DNA from: Ptychomitrium polyphyllum
Lineage: Eukaryota
DNA length: 64,000 bases
Assembly: GCA_973851085.1 (NCBI GenBank)
Contig: OZ316775.1
Coordinates: forward strand, 13,020,001-13,084,000
Reading direction: 5' to 3'
Of this stretch, positions 51,375 to 64,000 are shown in pieces (positions within the stretch are counted from its first letter, which is position 1; the number at the start of each line of letters is the position of its first letter). The notes under the pieces are model-generated. The model was not told the origin of the DNA and ran no database searches. It worked only from the letters and a program-made list of their open reading frames with translations. The position numbers were made by a program, and so were the translations under genes.

Positions 51375-52423
51375 TGTCAGGATTTAGGACACTATTCATC
51401 TAGCTATTACACATGCTCGTCCATGTTTGTGTCAAGTTGAGTTTTGTAAGTGTAGAGATGAGAGAGCATTGGCTTGAGAAAGCATTGGGCCTTTGATTGC
51501 TACTAATTACTCAATAAATTACAAGACAATGTAACACAAAATACGTGTATTAACAAACCTTGATCAATAAGGAATTATAATAATATAACACTTTTCACAT
51601 ATAAAATCACACTTTCACTAGGCTCATACTTCTACTCAACTCACATTATCCATCAAATTCTCTCATTCTACCCAAACACACACCCCTTCCACCTCAAACT
51701 TAACAAACAAACCAAAAAAACAAACAAACAAAAACAAAAACAACAAAAAACAAAACAAAACAAAAAAAATTTAAAAAAACAGGACCTAGCCCTACCAAAC
51801 CCCTCTCTTTATACTCCTTGGTCTGGCCTAGCCCTCTCCTTGCCCCAAACCCGAGAAACCCTGGAGCTAAACAACCCCCCGGCAGCCTGTTCTCCTCCTG
51901 GAACATTCTGTTTCCTTGCCAGCCTGGCTTCGTAGCCCTGTCCACCAGATCGCACCCGCTCACACCCTTTTCACACCAGCAGTTCCCGATTTGCACGACA
52001 CCTTGTCGCTACCTGTCTGCGCCTCGTCAGCAATCCGTCAGGACTGTCCCGTCAGTTCTCCCCTTCGACGCCGCAGCTCTGTTCACACCTGTTCACTAGT
52101 CCCGTGCCGGATTGTTCCCGTTCATCACCCTGCGCCCCAGCCCAACTTCGTCTCTGCCGCGCTTGCAACATCCCGTACTCGCAGTCCGTAGTTCGATGTT
52201 CCCCTGTTCTCCCGCAGTTCACCTGGTTCCCCGCAATGCGCCTGGCCCTTCCAGTTTGTCACCTCCCTACAAACATACACACTCTCCCTAATATAGATTT
52301 TAATTATATGGCAATCTACACCTCACAAGGACCCATAACTCCTATACTTTCCAAAGCATATAAGGCATTCAAATGCATATAGAACTAATTATAATATACA
52401 TTGATTCCCTCTATAATATGACA
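51375..52423. mobile_element. Probable solo LTR (~1.05 kb) with A-rich tract and GC-rich core
   Basis: Inverted termini tgtca...tgaca and a sharp compositional change from the flanks. It has a CAAA-rich tract at 51702-51780 and a C-rich block at 51790-52270. No clean TSD is seen. Confidence 0.55.
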
Positions 52424-54726
52424 TCTTAATTTTTGTCATATAATCAAATTGTTGCATAGTTTAGTGCTGTATTATTAAAGTTACATTCCAGTAAAGTATC
52501 AAACCTTACTTTTATGTAGAAGTAGCTCAAAGCTTTGCTAATTGCATCTCATATACAACTATTTATTTTTTCTCTAATTCATTGTTTTTATAAATAACTT
52601 GTAAATGAAGCACCATAAAATCCAAAATATATTGAATTATAAACAATGACTTCAAACATTGTTTTCATTTCATTAGTACAGTACAGAAATAACTTTTTCT
52701 TCTTCTGAAAAGTGGATATGCAAAAAATTCTATTAATAACCACTGGAAGTTTTCATGTGTCATTTATGGTAACCTTTCACCAAAAGTAAGAAGTTTAAAA
52801 AGTTTTAAATCCATGATATTTCACCATCATTACATTGTATTTTTAATCATTAACCTTTGAAAAACAATTCCACATATATTTGTTGTGCTAAAATATAAAT
52901 GGTCGAAAGGTGATCACTTTTTGGTGGTACTAGTGCATTCTGCAGTCATGGTTTTTATCATGCCAGCAATCATCCCACCTATGTCAGACCTTTCAATGTT
53001 ATGGCAATACTTAGAAGTAGGTGGGTGCAGCAGTTCCAAGAACCACTGGACACAGAGAAGCAACAAATTCCAATTGGAAACATTAGCCAAGACTTAGAAC
53101 CTAACTTCAGTACATTTTATCCATTTCTGTGCCCATGGTAAGTTTATCTAATATGGCTTCTCAATAGAATATGATTTTTTTCAAGGGGCACCATAGTTGC
53201 TTAGGACACATAGATGGTTGCTTCCTTAGGTACATCTTTCTATGAAATTGAGGAGAATTTCTTACAACATAAATTTGCACTATTAAGTGATAAGCTAATA
53301 ATCTCATATCCTCTTTAAAATGAGTGGTTGCATTTTAAGGCTACATAAGGATCTTAAGTTGAATATCTTGCAGTATGATCAACATTATTAAAATAACCTC
53401 CCACTTCTCCAATTGTTAGAACTAGTTTATCTTATCGTATTGTCCATGAAAGAAGAGATTTTTATTGTGTTTAAAGAATTCTACCAGTACACTTGGTTGA
53501 AACTTTTGAGTTCTCCAATAATGCTTTACAACTTGTTCCATCAACACAAGAGAGGATGAATGAGATTTTGAATTGATTGCTACATAGCAACAAGTATTAT
53601 TGGAAGTGTTTTTGAAATAACTACTCAAGAGCTTGTATACATGAGAAGCCTTTTTTTATTATTAGAAAAACTTTCCATCTTTTCTTGTCAATTGTCTTTT
53701 GCCTAAATTTCCAAATGATTGATTCAAAGTCCATTTTATCTTGGAATTGCAACCATACTTGAGTCTTTGCAAAATATGATAAGAGATTAATATATTTAGT
53801 ACTTTTTACTTTTGGAGTTCAAACAATATTTGTGAACAAAATCAAATAAACAAATGCATGAATCATTCATGAGATCATGTAATTATGTTAAAATATGATG
53901 TAGTCAATCAAACTAGTGATTTAAAAAAATCTAAGACTACTCATTCAATTCAATTTTTTTTATGGAGCATTTGATCAATTCTAATTTTGTGCAATCAAGA
54001 AGTTATTTTCATCTAGAACAATGTTTAATATGAAACTAATATTAATTGTGTGGATTGTGTTACAATATAAGGTCAAATTTTCAAATCCATTTGCTATCAC
54101 TATCAATAAAGTAGGATTTAATGTGGTGAATTGTTTAAAATGATAACTTTCCATTTTTTCCAAAATATTTACCTACTATCTATTCCAAAACAATTGCAAG
54201 AGAATCCAAATCCATTTCTACCATTTCTAACATTCTATCTTGATTCTTAATCATTAAATGTATAACATTGCTACATTCACTTTATATGTCCTTACTTGTC
54301 TATATTAATGTTGTTTCTATTTTATACTTTAGCAGTTCATAATTTATTTAGATTAGTTTAAAATCACTAGGGATTGAATTTCATACTCAAATGCTAATAC
54401 ATGATAAATATCTTCATGAACCTTTCATGCTTTCTGTTTTTAAAATTTTCTATTTACACCTGTATTATGTTCATTTATGTTACATTTCCAAACAAAATTT
54501 TTATCTGAGGCATTATGTTAAACTACTTGTTGCAAAAAACAACATGCTAGTGAGTAAGCAACTTTTGGTGGTGTAATGCTAAAGAAATAACCTTAGTTCA
54601 GATCTTAGTGATTACACTTATTGCCACTACCACACATAATACCCAACTATGGTTGAAATGGTTTGGGTGAAATCAACTACCTTGAGTAGAGGGGATGAGT
54701 TGTGTCCCAGGGGGGACTATGGATTC

Positions 54727-54757
54727 ATCCTTGATTCCTTGATTCCTTGATTCCTTG
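54727..54757. repeat. Short tandem repeat (TCCTTGAT-like unit) x4
   Basis: tccttgattccttgattccttgattcctt is directly visible. Confidence 0.85.
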
Positions 54758-56999
54758 TTGACAAGCAAAGGTTACTGTAAGGTAGGAAGAAGTAAACCAA
54801 GGTGAATATGACTACACCACAAACATAGCACCTGAATAGTGAACAGACACTTGGATCACAGGAATAGGAGAAACCTGTATCCAATTTTTATTGTTGTCTG
54901 CTTACTTATGAGAACTCAGTTCAATTCCCCAGTTGTGGCATTGCAACCTGAAACAAGCTTTTTGACCATTGGACAAGTCACAGAACAAGCTTGCAGCTTT
55001 GCAAGCTTATCCGCTTGAGTTATATTGCAACTAAAATGGCTGCTGGGTGGTATAATGTAGACTGCACATTATAATACAATGTAGGACTTGCACATGGGAC
55101 CACTGCCATCCTTGGCTACTGTACTTAATACTTACTGTAATTCTCAGCAAGTTAGTAAATTGACCATGAAACTAGGTGTTACAGGACACTAACTTATGTG
55201 CATGTCTGCCACACTGGGTGTAACATGTTAATACCAACCATTGATGAAACTACAAAAAAATTGAATTCACAAATTTTTAAAATAATCTAACAGCCTACTA
55301 CTATCTTAACATATACTATTACTGAAGCAGCATGGCTGCTATTTAATGAATTGCCAGGTTTTTAAACTCATATTACCCAGACTGATGGTGGTTGTGGTTT
55401 TGTCCTGCCTTTCTGCCAATTGTTTGAAAGAACTGTAAGTTGCTCCAGAATCCAATGTGGGCTTAAAATACAGGTGCTGTAAGATGATAAGCCTTAGATG
55501 TTTTAAATGCCGTTCTAGGTCAAAGTGAAATTAGATTTTCTATTTACATTTATGTTTAAACCTAAGTGAAAATAAGATTATGGAACATTATTTGAAATGA
55601 AGTTATTTTTTTTAAAACATAAAAAACGAAAATAAAAATGAAAACATGGTAGTTTTTGAGCTGCCAGTTTTTGGTTGAATCAAAAGCAACCACACTTGTA
55701 TCAGCTTCACTGCTGCAGTGAGGCACAACGGAATTCGGTCACAACCTGGATTTTATATTCACAGCTATAGAGCATTCATCAAAATGTCTCTACATCTTCA
55801 TCTTGATAAAGATGTTATTTTTTCCTTTAAAATATACTCCTATTGCATATTCAACATCTTCAAATAGTTTTGTGAACTTATGAAATTTTATATTAATGCA
55901 TTGAATCTGCATAATTTGATGAGGCCTCGCAAAACTCAAGTTGTGCATTCCAATAATCGAGGCCAACTTGTACTCTTCTTGTGTTTTTTCATAGTATTTC
56001 TAATTATGTAATTTTCAAGTTTTAATCTTTTTCAAATCCAAAATTGAGATGTTTAAAATTTTATAGTATTAAAATTTCATTCACAAAAGAACATATTCAT
56101 TTTAGCAATATACTTTGTTGGAATTTTTGAGTTCTTTCATACAAATTTACACCTTCTCCTATTGCCCACAAGCAAAATAATTTGAGGATGCTTGATAAAT
56201 GAATTGGCTACTTGTATGGTAGCAGTTATTGCATGAAAAATGTTTTCTTGTTAATGGTTTTGGGACTTTGTTTGAAGTAGCAATCCTAGAGCTTATCCAT
56301 AAAGGTAAGTCTTCTTTTATTATACATCATTTTGATGTCTTCTCATCTTCTCTTGCAAACCATTCTTTGCTTTAAAGTACCATGTCTTGAACAATTTTTT
56401 TGCTTTCCCATTGCAAGAGAAGGTGTAAAGAAGTCCTAAGTTGTATTGTTGCTGGGCACTAGTAGCTCATTTAGGTGCAGAACCTTGATTATCTAATCAG
56501 TACCCTGCAACTGTACTGACTTGCATGTTATGGCATCCTCTGCCTCAAGGAGTGTCCTACATGCTTCCTTCTTTTGTGGACAATGTCGGTTTATTACATG
56601 ATTTCATCTCCATACAATCCCTTGTCCATTCCCAGTTCACATGATCTGAGTCCTGACATAAGCACAACACACAAGGTAGACTGCTCACAACTGTGGCTTG
56701 TAGAAATTTTGGGTAAATTTTGGATAAATAGAATTCCAAGTTTAAGGTGGAACAACTTACATGAAGTTTTTATTTAAGAGAGATGTTCTTGTATAATGGA
56801 AATACAATTTCAAACTTATTATGAATTTTTTAATAATTTAGAAAAAATTGACGAGTCATTGGAATTATTGATTAAGGAGAATTCATTTATTTATTTTGTT
56901 TCTAGAGTGTGTTCTTTAATAAATGATAATCTTTAATAATTTATGATATTAATATTAAAATACTCCTAATTTATGAGAATGATTGCAGAAGTTTTTGGC

Positions 57000-57692
57000 C
57001 AACTAAGGATTGACTTGGGAGAACTTGGCTAACTTTGAAAAGGTCTAGAATTTAAGGTTCCCCAACCTCGCCTTATTGTTGCAAAGGCTTATTATTGGTT
57101 CATCAAAACACACTTTTAAACATGTTTAGACTTATTTTGGTGGTTGAAATGAGTTTCATACTGCGTTTTGTAAAACTTTTCTTTTGAAGAGGACTTAACG
57201 GGTAATTCTACTAAAAAATAATGGTACAAAGGACCTAGTCCCTTCCATTTATGTTTAAGAGGATTTAAATCATAGAAAATAAGTGTATTTGTGTATATAT
57301 GCAAAACTATGAGGCTGTGATAGATTTGTGATTTTGGGTTTGTGATGGTGGTTGGTGCAAGACTTCTAAGTTCCATGATGCTTAGAATGTTCTAACAAAG
57401 ATGCTAGAGGAGAATGTTGCTTTTTGGGTTTTAAAGGTTAGAAAGAACAATTTTAGAAGTGGAGGGGTGGAGTAGAGTTGAAGCCATAGCCAGAGGATGG
57501 GGTGGAGGGTGTGTTATGTAAGTCAGGGAGGCTGGGTAGAGACAATGTCAGAAGCGGAGAGGGTTGTGTATGTGTATATGGGTGCAGGCGGGGATGACAC
57601 GGCATGACATACACTATTACAATTAATGCAAACACTCTTATCTACTCACTCTTATACCATGCCCCATTGCTTGCTAGTTTTGCTAATCATGA
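57000..57692. mobile_element. Possible LTR fragment(s)
   Basis: G-rich block 57460-57608 ends in tgaca. 57610-57692 weakly resembles the reverse complement of 51375-51480. Confidence 0.3.
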
Positions 57693-60079
57693 TATGCTGT
57701 GAATATGCTCTTGTGTGGGTTTTAGATCTGGTGCATTCCCTCCAGTGTGGTTACTGATCTTCTCATCTATATCCTTCACTTCTCATGGTGCTCATTTAAG
57801 TTAATTTGGTTTCCTTTGCAAACCTTATTCCTTATCCCCACTTCCCTGTCAATACATTGCCTAAATTTACTGTGGTAGACACTTCTACTGGTTACACTGA
57901 ATTCAAGGGCCTCCTCTTATTTACTCTCATGTTAAAAAAACAATCAAATGTTGATTTGTTAGATTTTAAACTCAAATCTCAAGATGTCCAAACCAACAAT
58001 TTCAAGCTGTTCCAATTCCACAATACAAATATGGAATCTATTTCAAGCAGCATTGCAAGCTTCAAAGATATACATGGTCTCATCAGATTCACAGATTTCA
58101 TATAAGACCTACATTACCAGTGATCAAAATTTTCTTGGTCATTGCACCTTCAATACTCAATAGCAAGCTGAGTTCTCAATAATTGTTGAATATTTTATCT
58201 CTTATGGACAAGCAAGGGAGAAAGAAAAATGCAAATAACACCAGTTTTTTCTACTTCATAGAACCTTTCAACTTATGTGGCCCGCAATGATACATGTTTA
58301 ATGGATCAATCTAAAAATACTTGTAATCTAATAATCCACAAAGAACCAAATTTTCTTAAATTCAAACTTTTCAAGAAAATTTGGAATGCCAAACAAATAT
58401 GGAGATGACTTCACCTTGATGGATGAAATTCCCAAAATTTTGGAAATCATTGTCATTTGCATAATGATCCTAGTGTACAAAAATTGAAGCCTTACTTCCA
58501 TTGGAATAGAGTCATCTTTCCATCTATTTTGTAAGTCTAGAATTTAATTAAAACTCCACGTTCAACAAAAACTGTATTCAAAGTTTCAATGATGTCATTT
58601 CAACAACATGAAAGAACAGAAACATTATATATCGGTACAAACCACCAGTACAGTTGAGTACTTTATTAAATTTCAACACTTCTGCAAACAAGGTCTCCCT
58701 TGAAGCATTTTAAGCTGTAAGATTTTTCATCGCTTTGCATTTGGAGTTGCTTGGAAGAGCTTTCTTGAAGTAATGTTGTGGTTGGCGGATGAAGTTTAAA
58801 TGATCAAAGAAGGAGGAGGAATGAGGATCAGCCCTTTGTAACCTAGCAAAATGTCTTCTAACTGCTACCGATTTTTCAGAAGCAGAATATTTTGTCGTCA
58901 AATGTTTTATTATTTCAACTGTACTTGCCAAAACATTTATGTTTAGATGAAAATCAATCACGTAAATGGAAATTGAGTATTTGGATGAAAGGTTTACATG
59001 CTAGATGATAAAAGATGAAAGGATGTAGATGAAAAATATTATCAGTTGCGAGTTCGAAATCCTCGTGTTGCCAATTTGGCTACAGTCGCAAAATAAAAAA
59101 GCAGAAGTGTGCTGAGGACGGCGGGGAGCGCTTGAGGGAGCTGCATGAGGGCCAGAGTGGGAACATAGCGAGGCAGATGGAAGGTTGAGCAGGCAGTCCC
59201 TCCCTGGTCGCCCATGCCCCTGCCACTGCCCCTGCCCCTGCCATAGCTCCCACGGCCCCAGGCCAACTCACTAACATAAACAGAACCCCATCCACCCGGT
59301 CTGTGACTATTCATAAGTTCACGGATGATAGACATTCCCATGTTTTTACTGCACACTGTGACAGAATCTGAACAAATCCCTGGTCTCCTTCACAGGAGGT
59401 TCCTACTGCATTCCCTGGTGAAGAGTCATGGCATGCATGATAATATCTTACTAACAGCGAACTTACCATATGAAGATTTTTTTTTTCACTCATAAAATCC
59501 CAAGCAATAATAATCAGAATGTTGCCTTAATACATGCCATTACATGCCAATACAAGCTTAAGTAGCTGAATTTATAATTCCTCCTTTATTATGGTTATGG
59601 CTTTGAAAAGTTTTAAAAACCTTCCAAGAGGTTTGATGCAGTCATGTTGGCAGCCAATTAACTTTTCCCGCCCTGCAGTTTCATAACGTGTATATATTTT
59701 GCAGCATCTCAAAAGTCCACTTGCTATAGTTTCTATTCAATAATTAAGGCCTCCACTGCAATGGCGGGATAGAGTCATCTGGAGTTTGGAAGGTCTGTAT
59801 CTTATATTCGGTAGAAGATTTTGAGCCGCCATTTCGAGATACTAAATTACAGCATCGAAAAACAATATTGGAGGTATAACTTTTCCTACTACCACGGGGA
59901 ACGTACTAATTTTGCATAAGTTGGATAACGATTAATTACAGGAATATGGTAATTTTCTAAAGTTCTACTTCCTATGTTTTCAGACTATACCCTCAGCCTA
60001 CCCCAATCCTGCGAGTAACTGAGTAGCTATACAATAGAGAAAATTCACCCTCTCTCACTGGCACCGTCACTCCCAAAGA

Positions 60080-60134
60080 AATTTTAATTCAAAGCCCTCC
60101 ACTGGTGCCGGTAGATGGGCTTTGAATTAAAATT
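60080..60134. repeat. Perfect 18-bp inverted repeat with 19-nt spacer
   Basis: aattttaattcaaagccc (60080-60097) / gggctttgaattaaaatt (60117-60134). Confidence 0.92.
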
Positions 60135-61699
60135 GCAAAACAGTACCAATTTTGCTAAATATCCATAATTACACTTTCATTGAGTTTATCAATATTTCAT
60201 TCTTAAAAAGAAACTTTCAACAGGTCTATTTTTTTACATAATGGCTTCAAAAAACTTTATCATATATAATTTTTAGTGATGCAATAGCATGACCTATTAA
60301 TTTTAATATGTTTTTCTAAAAAGACGTGTTTTGACGAAATGTAGACTTTATTAGTGTCTTTTTGACACCAAAAATGGTCACCATACCATGCAACAATTCA
60401 TATGTTTAAACTTTGTATTGCTAGATTTGAACCTTCTATAGAAAAGAAAGGTCAAGTTTGTGCTAAGCAAAAAGGTGAATAAAATTTAGTTATTGATTAT
60501 TATAATTATTGGTTCCAAATTAAATCAAGATTTTAAAATGCTTTTTAGATTTCTTTCTAAAAAAGCTAAGCTGGTATTACAACTGCTGTAAAGTCAAATG
60601 CTGTAAGATTCATTCATATTTTTCAATTTATCCTCCAAAATCAACAAACCTTGATTCTTTTTCTATATCAAAATTACAAAGTAAAAGAAGGATTTGGTTT
60701 CTTTATAAAAAATTCTTACAATTGATAAATTTATAAAATATTGCTAATATACATTATTTTTGGAAATTATAGTCTATATAAATACTTCAATTTAAATGAT
60801 TCAAGCAAACATTGTTGCTTCTTTTTTACATAGAAAATAATAGTTTAAACTCTACTTTCTACTTATAAAAATGTGCTAGACAATGTGTGTTTATTTTTAG
60901 CAAATTTGATAATGTTATTAACATGTGTTTTTTTTTTAAATGAAATTTTTGCATTACAAAGAATTTTTTATTCAATTTCAAAGAACATCATGTTGTTTAA
61001 TTTTATACTTTACTGAGAAAGGAGAATAGGATGTAGCACATTTTTTGAGTTGCTTAATTTGTAACAAAACTTATTTAGGATATCAAAACTTATATTTTTG
61101 ATGTGTGATCAAAAAAATCATATTTTTATGAAGTGAGAATTTATTTTTTCCTTCAAATTTTTTTTTAATTTAAAAATAAAAAATAATATTCAAAATTCAC
61201 ATTATGAAAGCTTGTGCAAATTCTTTAAAAGTTATGTTGTAGCTAATGGTTCTTTAGATGTTGATATTGTCTTCAATCTTTTGTTCACTAATGTAATATT
61301 TTTTAAAAATAACATTTTCATTGAGATCACTATCTCCATATTTTAATTAAATTTGTATGATAGATTAAAAGAATAATCATTTAAAAAATATTTTTTAATG
61401 TACTTTAAATGTTATTTTTAATGATATAGTATTATAAGAAAATAAGTCAAATTTTATTGATGTAATTTCAATCATTTTAATAACTCAAAATTGGTTTAAA
61501 CAATAGTGAAATTTGTCACACATATCATTTAAAAATTTATTAATATGAAAATCCTTCAAATCAAATGATTTATACTTTAAGGCTTTTTTAAAAATTAAAC
61601 AATTAATATTTTTGGTCTATGTGTTGTTTAATTAAATAAAACCATCTATCAATATACATATATACATATTTATAATATATCAATAAAGCACAGATATAC

Positions 61700-62350
61700 A
61701 TTGTTTATGCACTTTTGAACCTTTAGTCACGATCTACATTATCACAACAACTCATAATAATTCAAGTTGAATAGTCGTAGACGCTATACCAAACTTGATC
61801 CTTTAATCACATCTGTTCTACCTACAAACAGCCTACAATCATTCAAGTTGAACACATGTAAACATTATGCCACACGTGTACAATATCCATGCACTTATGA
61901 GCCTTTAGTTGCAATCTACACCACCTACCACCCACAAATAATTCATGATCATTCAAGATGAATAGTCGTGGGCATTGTCGTGAACATTATAGTGAACTTC
62001 ATTCTTTAGTCGCTTTTTGATACTAGCCCATGATCACTCAAGTTGGACAAATGTAGGCATTATGTCACTATGTAACATTTGTACACTGTTCATGTGTTTA
62101 CAAGCCTTTAGTCACAATTTGTACCATCCAATCTGCACGACTTACATACAATCATGATCATTTAAGTTGAATAGCTATAGTCATCATACTAGACTTAATG
62201 TTGACACTATGGTGAAGTTATTACTTTAATGCACAATAAATTCACTTGTGTAAAATAACTGATTCAAAATTTGGTCATTTTTTTCATAGTCTACATTGTT
62301 TGTAAACAACCTATAAATACTCAAGTTGAACAACTGTGGACACCATGCCA
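61700..62350. repeat. Degenerate tandem array, ~190-205-bp period, ~3 copies
   Basis: cctttagt recurs at ~61720, 61902 and 62105. ttcaag.tgaatag recurs at ~61761, 61952 and 62161. Confidence 0.75.
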
Positions 62351-62799
62351 GACTGTATGCTATATGAAGTTATCATCTAACAAGCATTAAATTAAATTAA
62401 AGTCCATGCTATTTGCAAAATATTTAAGAGCATTGAAAATCATTAGAAGTTATAATATGGAACGAATTTTGCCTCATCTTGTATATAAATATGAAAGTGT
62501 GACTGTTGATTATTTACCTTTCCAATTATTCTATTTAGAAATATACATAGGAATAATCAAATATGCAATAATCTACATTTGTATTTACAAATATTTGCAT
62601 TACATAACATAGCATATCAATACCATTCTAATAAATACATAGGTGATATGTCCTTTAAATTTGAAATTTATATATACTACTAACCTTTTCTTACCAAAAA
62701 TAAAAATCATAATTATTCTTTATCCTTCTTCATTCGTTTTCATAGTTCTCACCTTTTGTTTTTACACTCTTTCCTATCCCCAGTTTGGTAGGACACTGC

Positions 62800-64000
62800 C
62801 GCCACCTACCCCATGGCCGCCATAGAACTTATGCCATTTTTTTAAAACAGAGAATGTACGCCCGCCCTACGTAGCTTAACAACTATCAAGTGAATTTCAG
62901 TTAAGCTGTGTATTGGATGGAGGTGTACATTCTCTATCTAGAATGACTGCTCTGCGCACATTATGGCGGCCTTGGGGTGGGTGGTGCCAATGGGTTGCCG
63001 AGCTTATGTATAAGTTAACCTATAGGACGGGACTTCCAAAGAACGGTAACCTGATCGATCATTTTCGTGAAGCGATGTGAGCCTGCGCCACTAACGACCA
63101 TGATTAGAGCCGCGCTGTAACTTTCTTGTAAGGCGGTAGAAGAGGGATGAAAACGCAATGATGAATGAACAAGACGCAATCTTTCGTCCATGGGAAGGCC
63201 CCCAGCCCCACCCTTGAAACTCCGCACTGCAAGCTGCTGGTGCTGGTGCTGGTGCTGGTGCGAAGCGACTTTCGTCGCGTACAGCTGCTTTTTCCCGGAG
63301 GCGTGGTCTTTTTTCTCTCAGGGCAGCCTGGCTAGGCAGGATTTGTTGCGTAGCTCCTAGATGCTCTCTCGACAGGCTGCGCAGGGACTCCGAAGCCAGC
63401 AGGCTTATTGGATCAGCCCATCGGCACGCACGCAGGCAAACCAGCCAAAGCGAAGCAAAGCATCTCCTAGCAATCAGTCACTGAGCCGCGATGAAGGTGG
63501 ATGCGGATGCGGGATAACTTATATGTTGGCAGCGGAGGAGGAATCATGCCTCCTTCATTCCCTTTGCAATAACGGAATTCCCGAAAAGACACAGCATACT
63601 GGAGCCTCAGTGTCTTCTTGTCCGTGTCTCGCTCGTCCCAAAAGAACTCTTTTCTTTCGCCTTGGCACTCGTCATCGCTTCTGTGGAGTAGCACTATGGA
63701 CTCCTTGTGGAACGGACGACCAAGGCTTGCGAAGATGCGAAGCCAGTGACGGAGCGAAGGAGTGGAGGAGTGAGAGAGGTTAGGAGAGGGAGACGGAGAC
63801 CTTCTCGAGAGAAAAGGGAGGAGTCGCGGGAGGTTTGGTGGAGAGGGCGCGGAATGGCGCACTTGGTGCTGAAAATTTCGTCGGCCAAGGGGTGCCATGT
63901 GGCGCTCTGGTGTTCAGGATTTTCTTGTAGATCGTGATGACGGTTGCGGATTGTTGAGGAGGAGGCGAATTGTGTCGAAGGTGGAGCTTCATGCGTCGGC
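62800..64000. other. GC/CpG-rich gene-like segment of unknown identity, running off the window
   Basis: Abrupt return to CpG-containing sequence with overlapping short ORFs on both strands (63361-63783 +, 63467-63898 -) and a (GGTGCT)n run near 63238-63261. No domain was recognised. Confidence 0.3.

Noticed and set aside
52915..52965. GGTSAFCSHGFY resembling a KDZ transposase motif
   Set aside because: The expected downstream KDZ motifs were not found.
61700..62350. CRISPR-like interpretation of the recurring ttcaagttgaa motif
   Set aside because: Eukaryotic context, degenerate repeats, mutually homologous spacers and no cas genes.
63320..63390. gcagcctg/caggctgc stem resembling a moss miRNA hairpin
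   Set aside because: Only about 8 bp of pairing and no match to a mature miRNA that could be confirmed.

Overview
Eukaryotic, intron-rich plant nuclear DNA, most consistent with a moss such as Physcomitrium. This is an inference from a flagellar gene, PIP and ATL genes, and AT-rich CG-depleted TE fossils. The left 36 kb is gene-rich. It holds a two-exon CCDC103-like dynein attachment factor (-), head-to-head with a three-exon J-domain gene (+). Next come a nested pair of solo LTRs, a 3' remnant of a PIP aquaporin, an intronless ATL RING-H2 E3 ligase and a 16.5-kb multi-exon RRP5 gene with telo-boxes. Between ATL and RRP5 lies an AT-rich fossil with no ORF call. Its decayed frame keeps, in order, the motifs of a UL9/origin-binding-protein-like SF2 helicase, a candidate large-DNA-virus relic and the most notable item here. 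The right 28 kb is repeat-rich: a degenerate Ty3/gypsy element (-), a probable copia remnant, more LTR-like pieces, unidentified decayed reading frames, a perfect hairpin, a ~200-bp tandem array and a GC-rich unassigned segment at the window end. No prokaryote-type system (CRISPR, operon) is supported. All assignments are by-eye motif recognition, with no database search.
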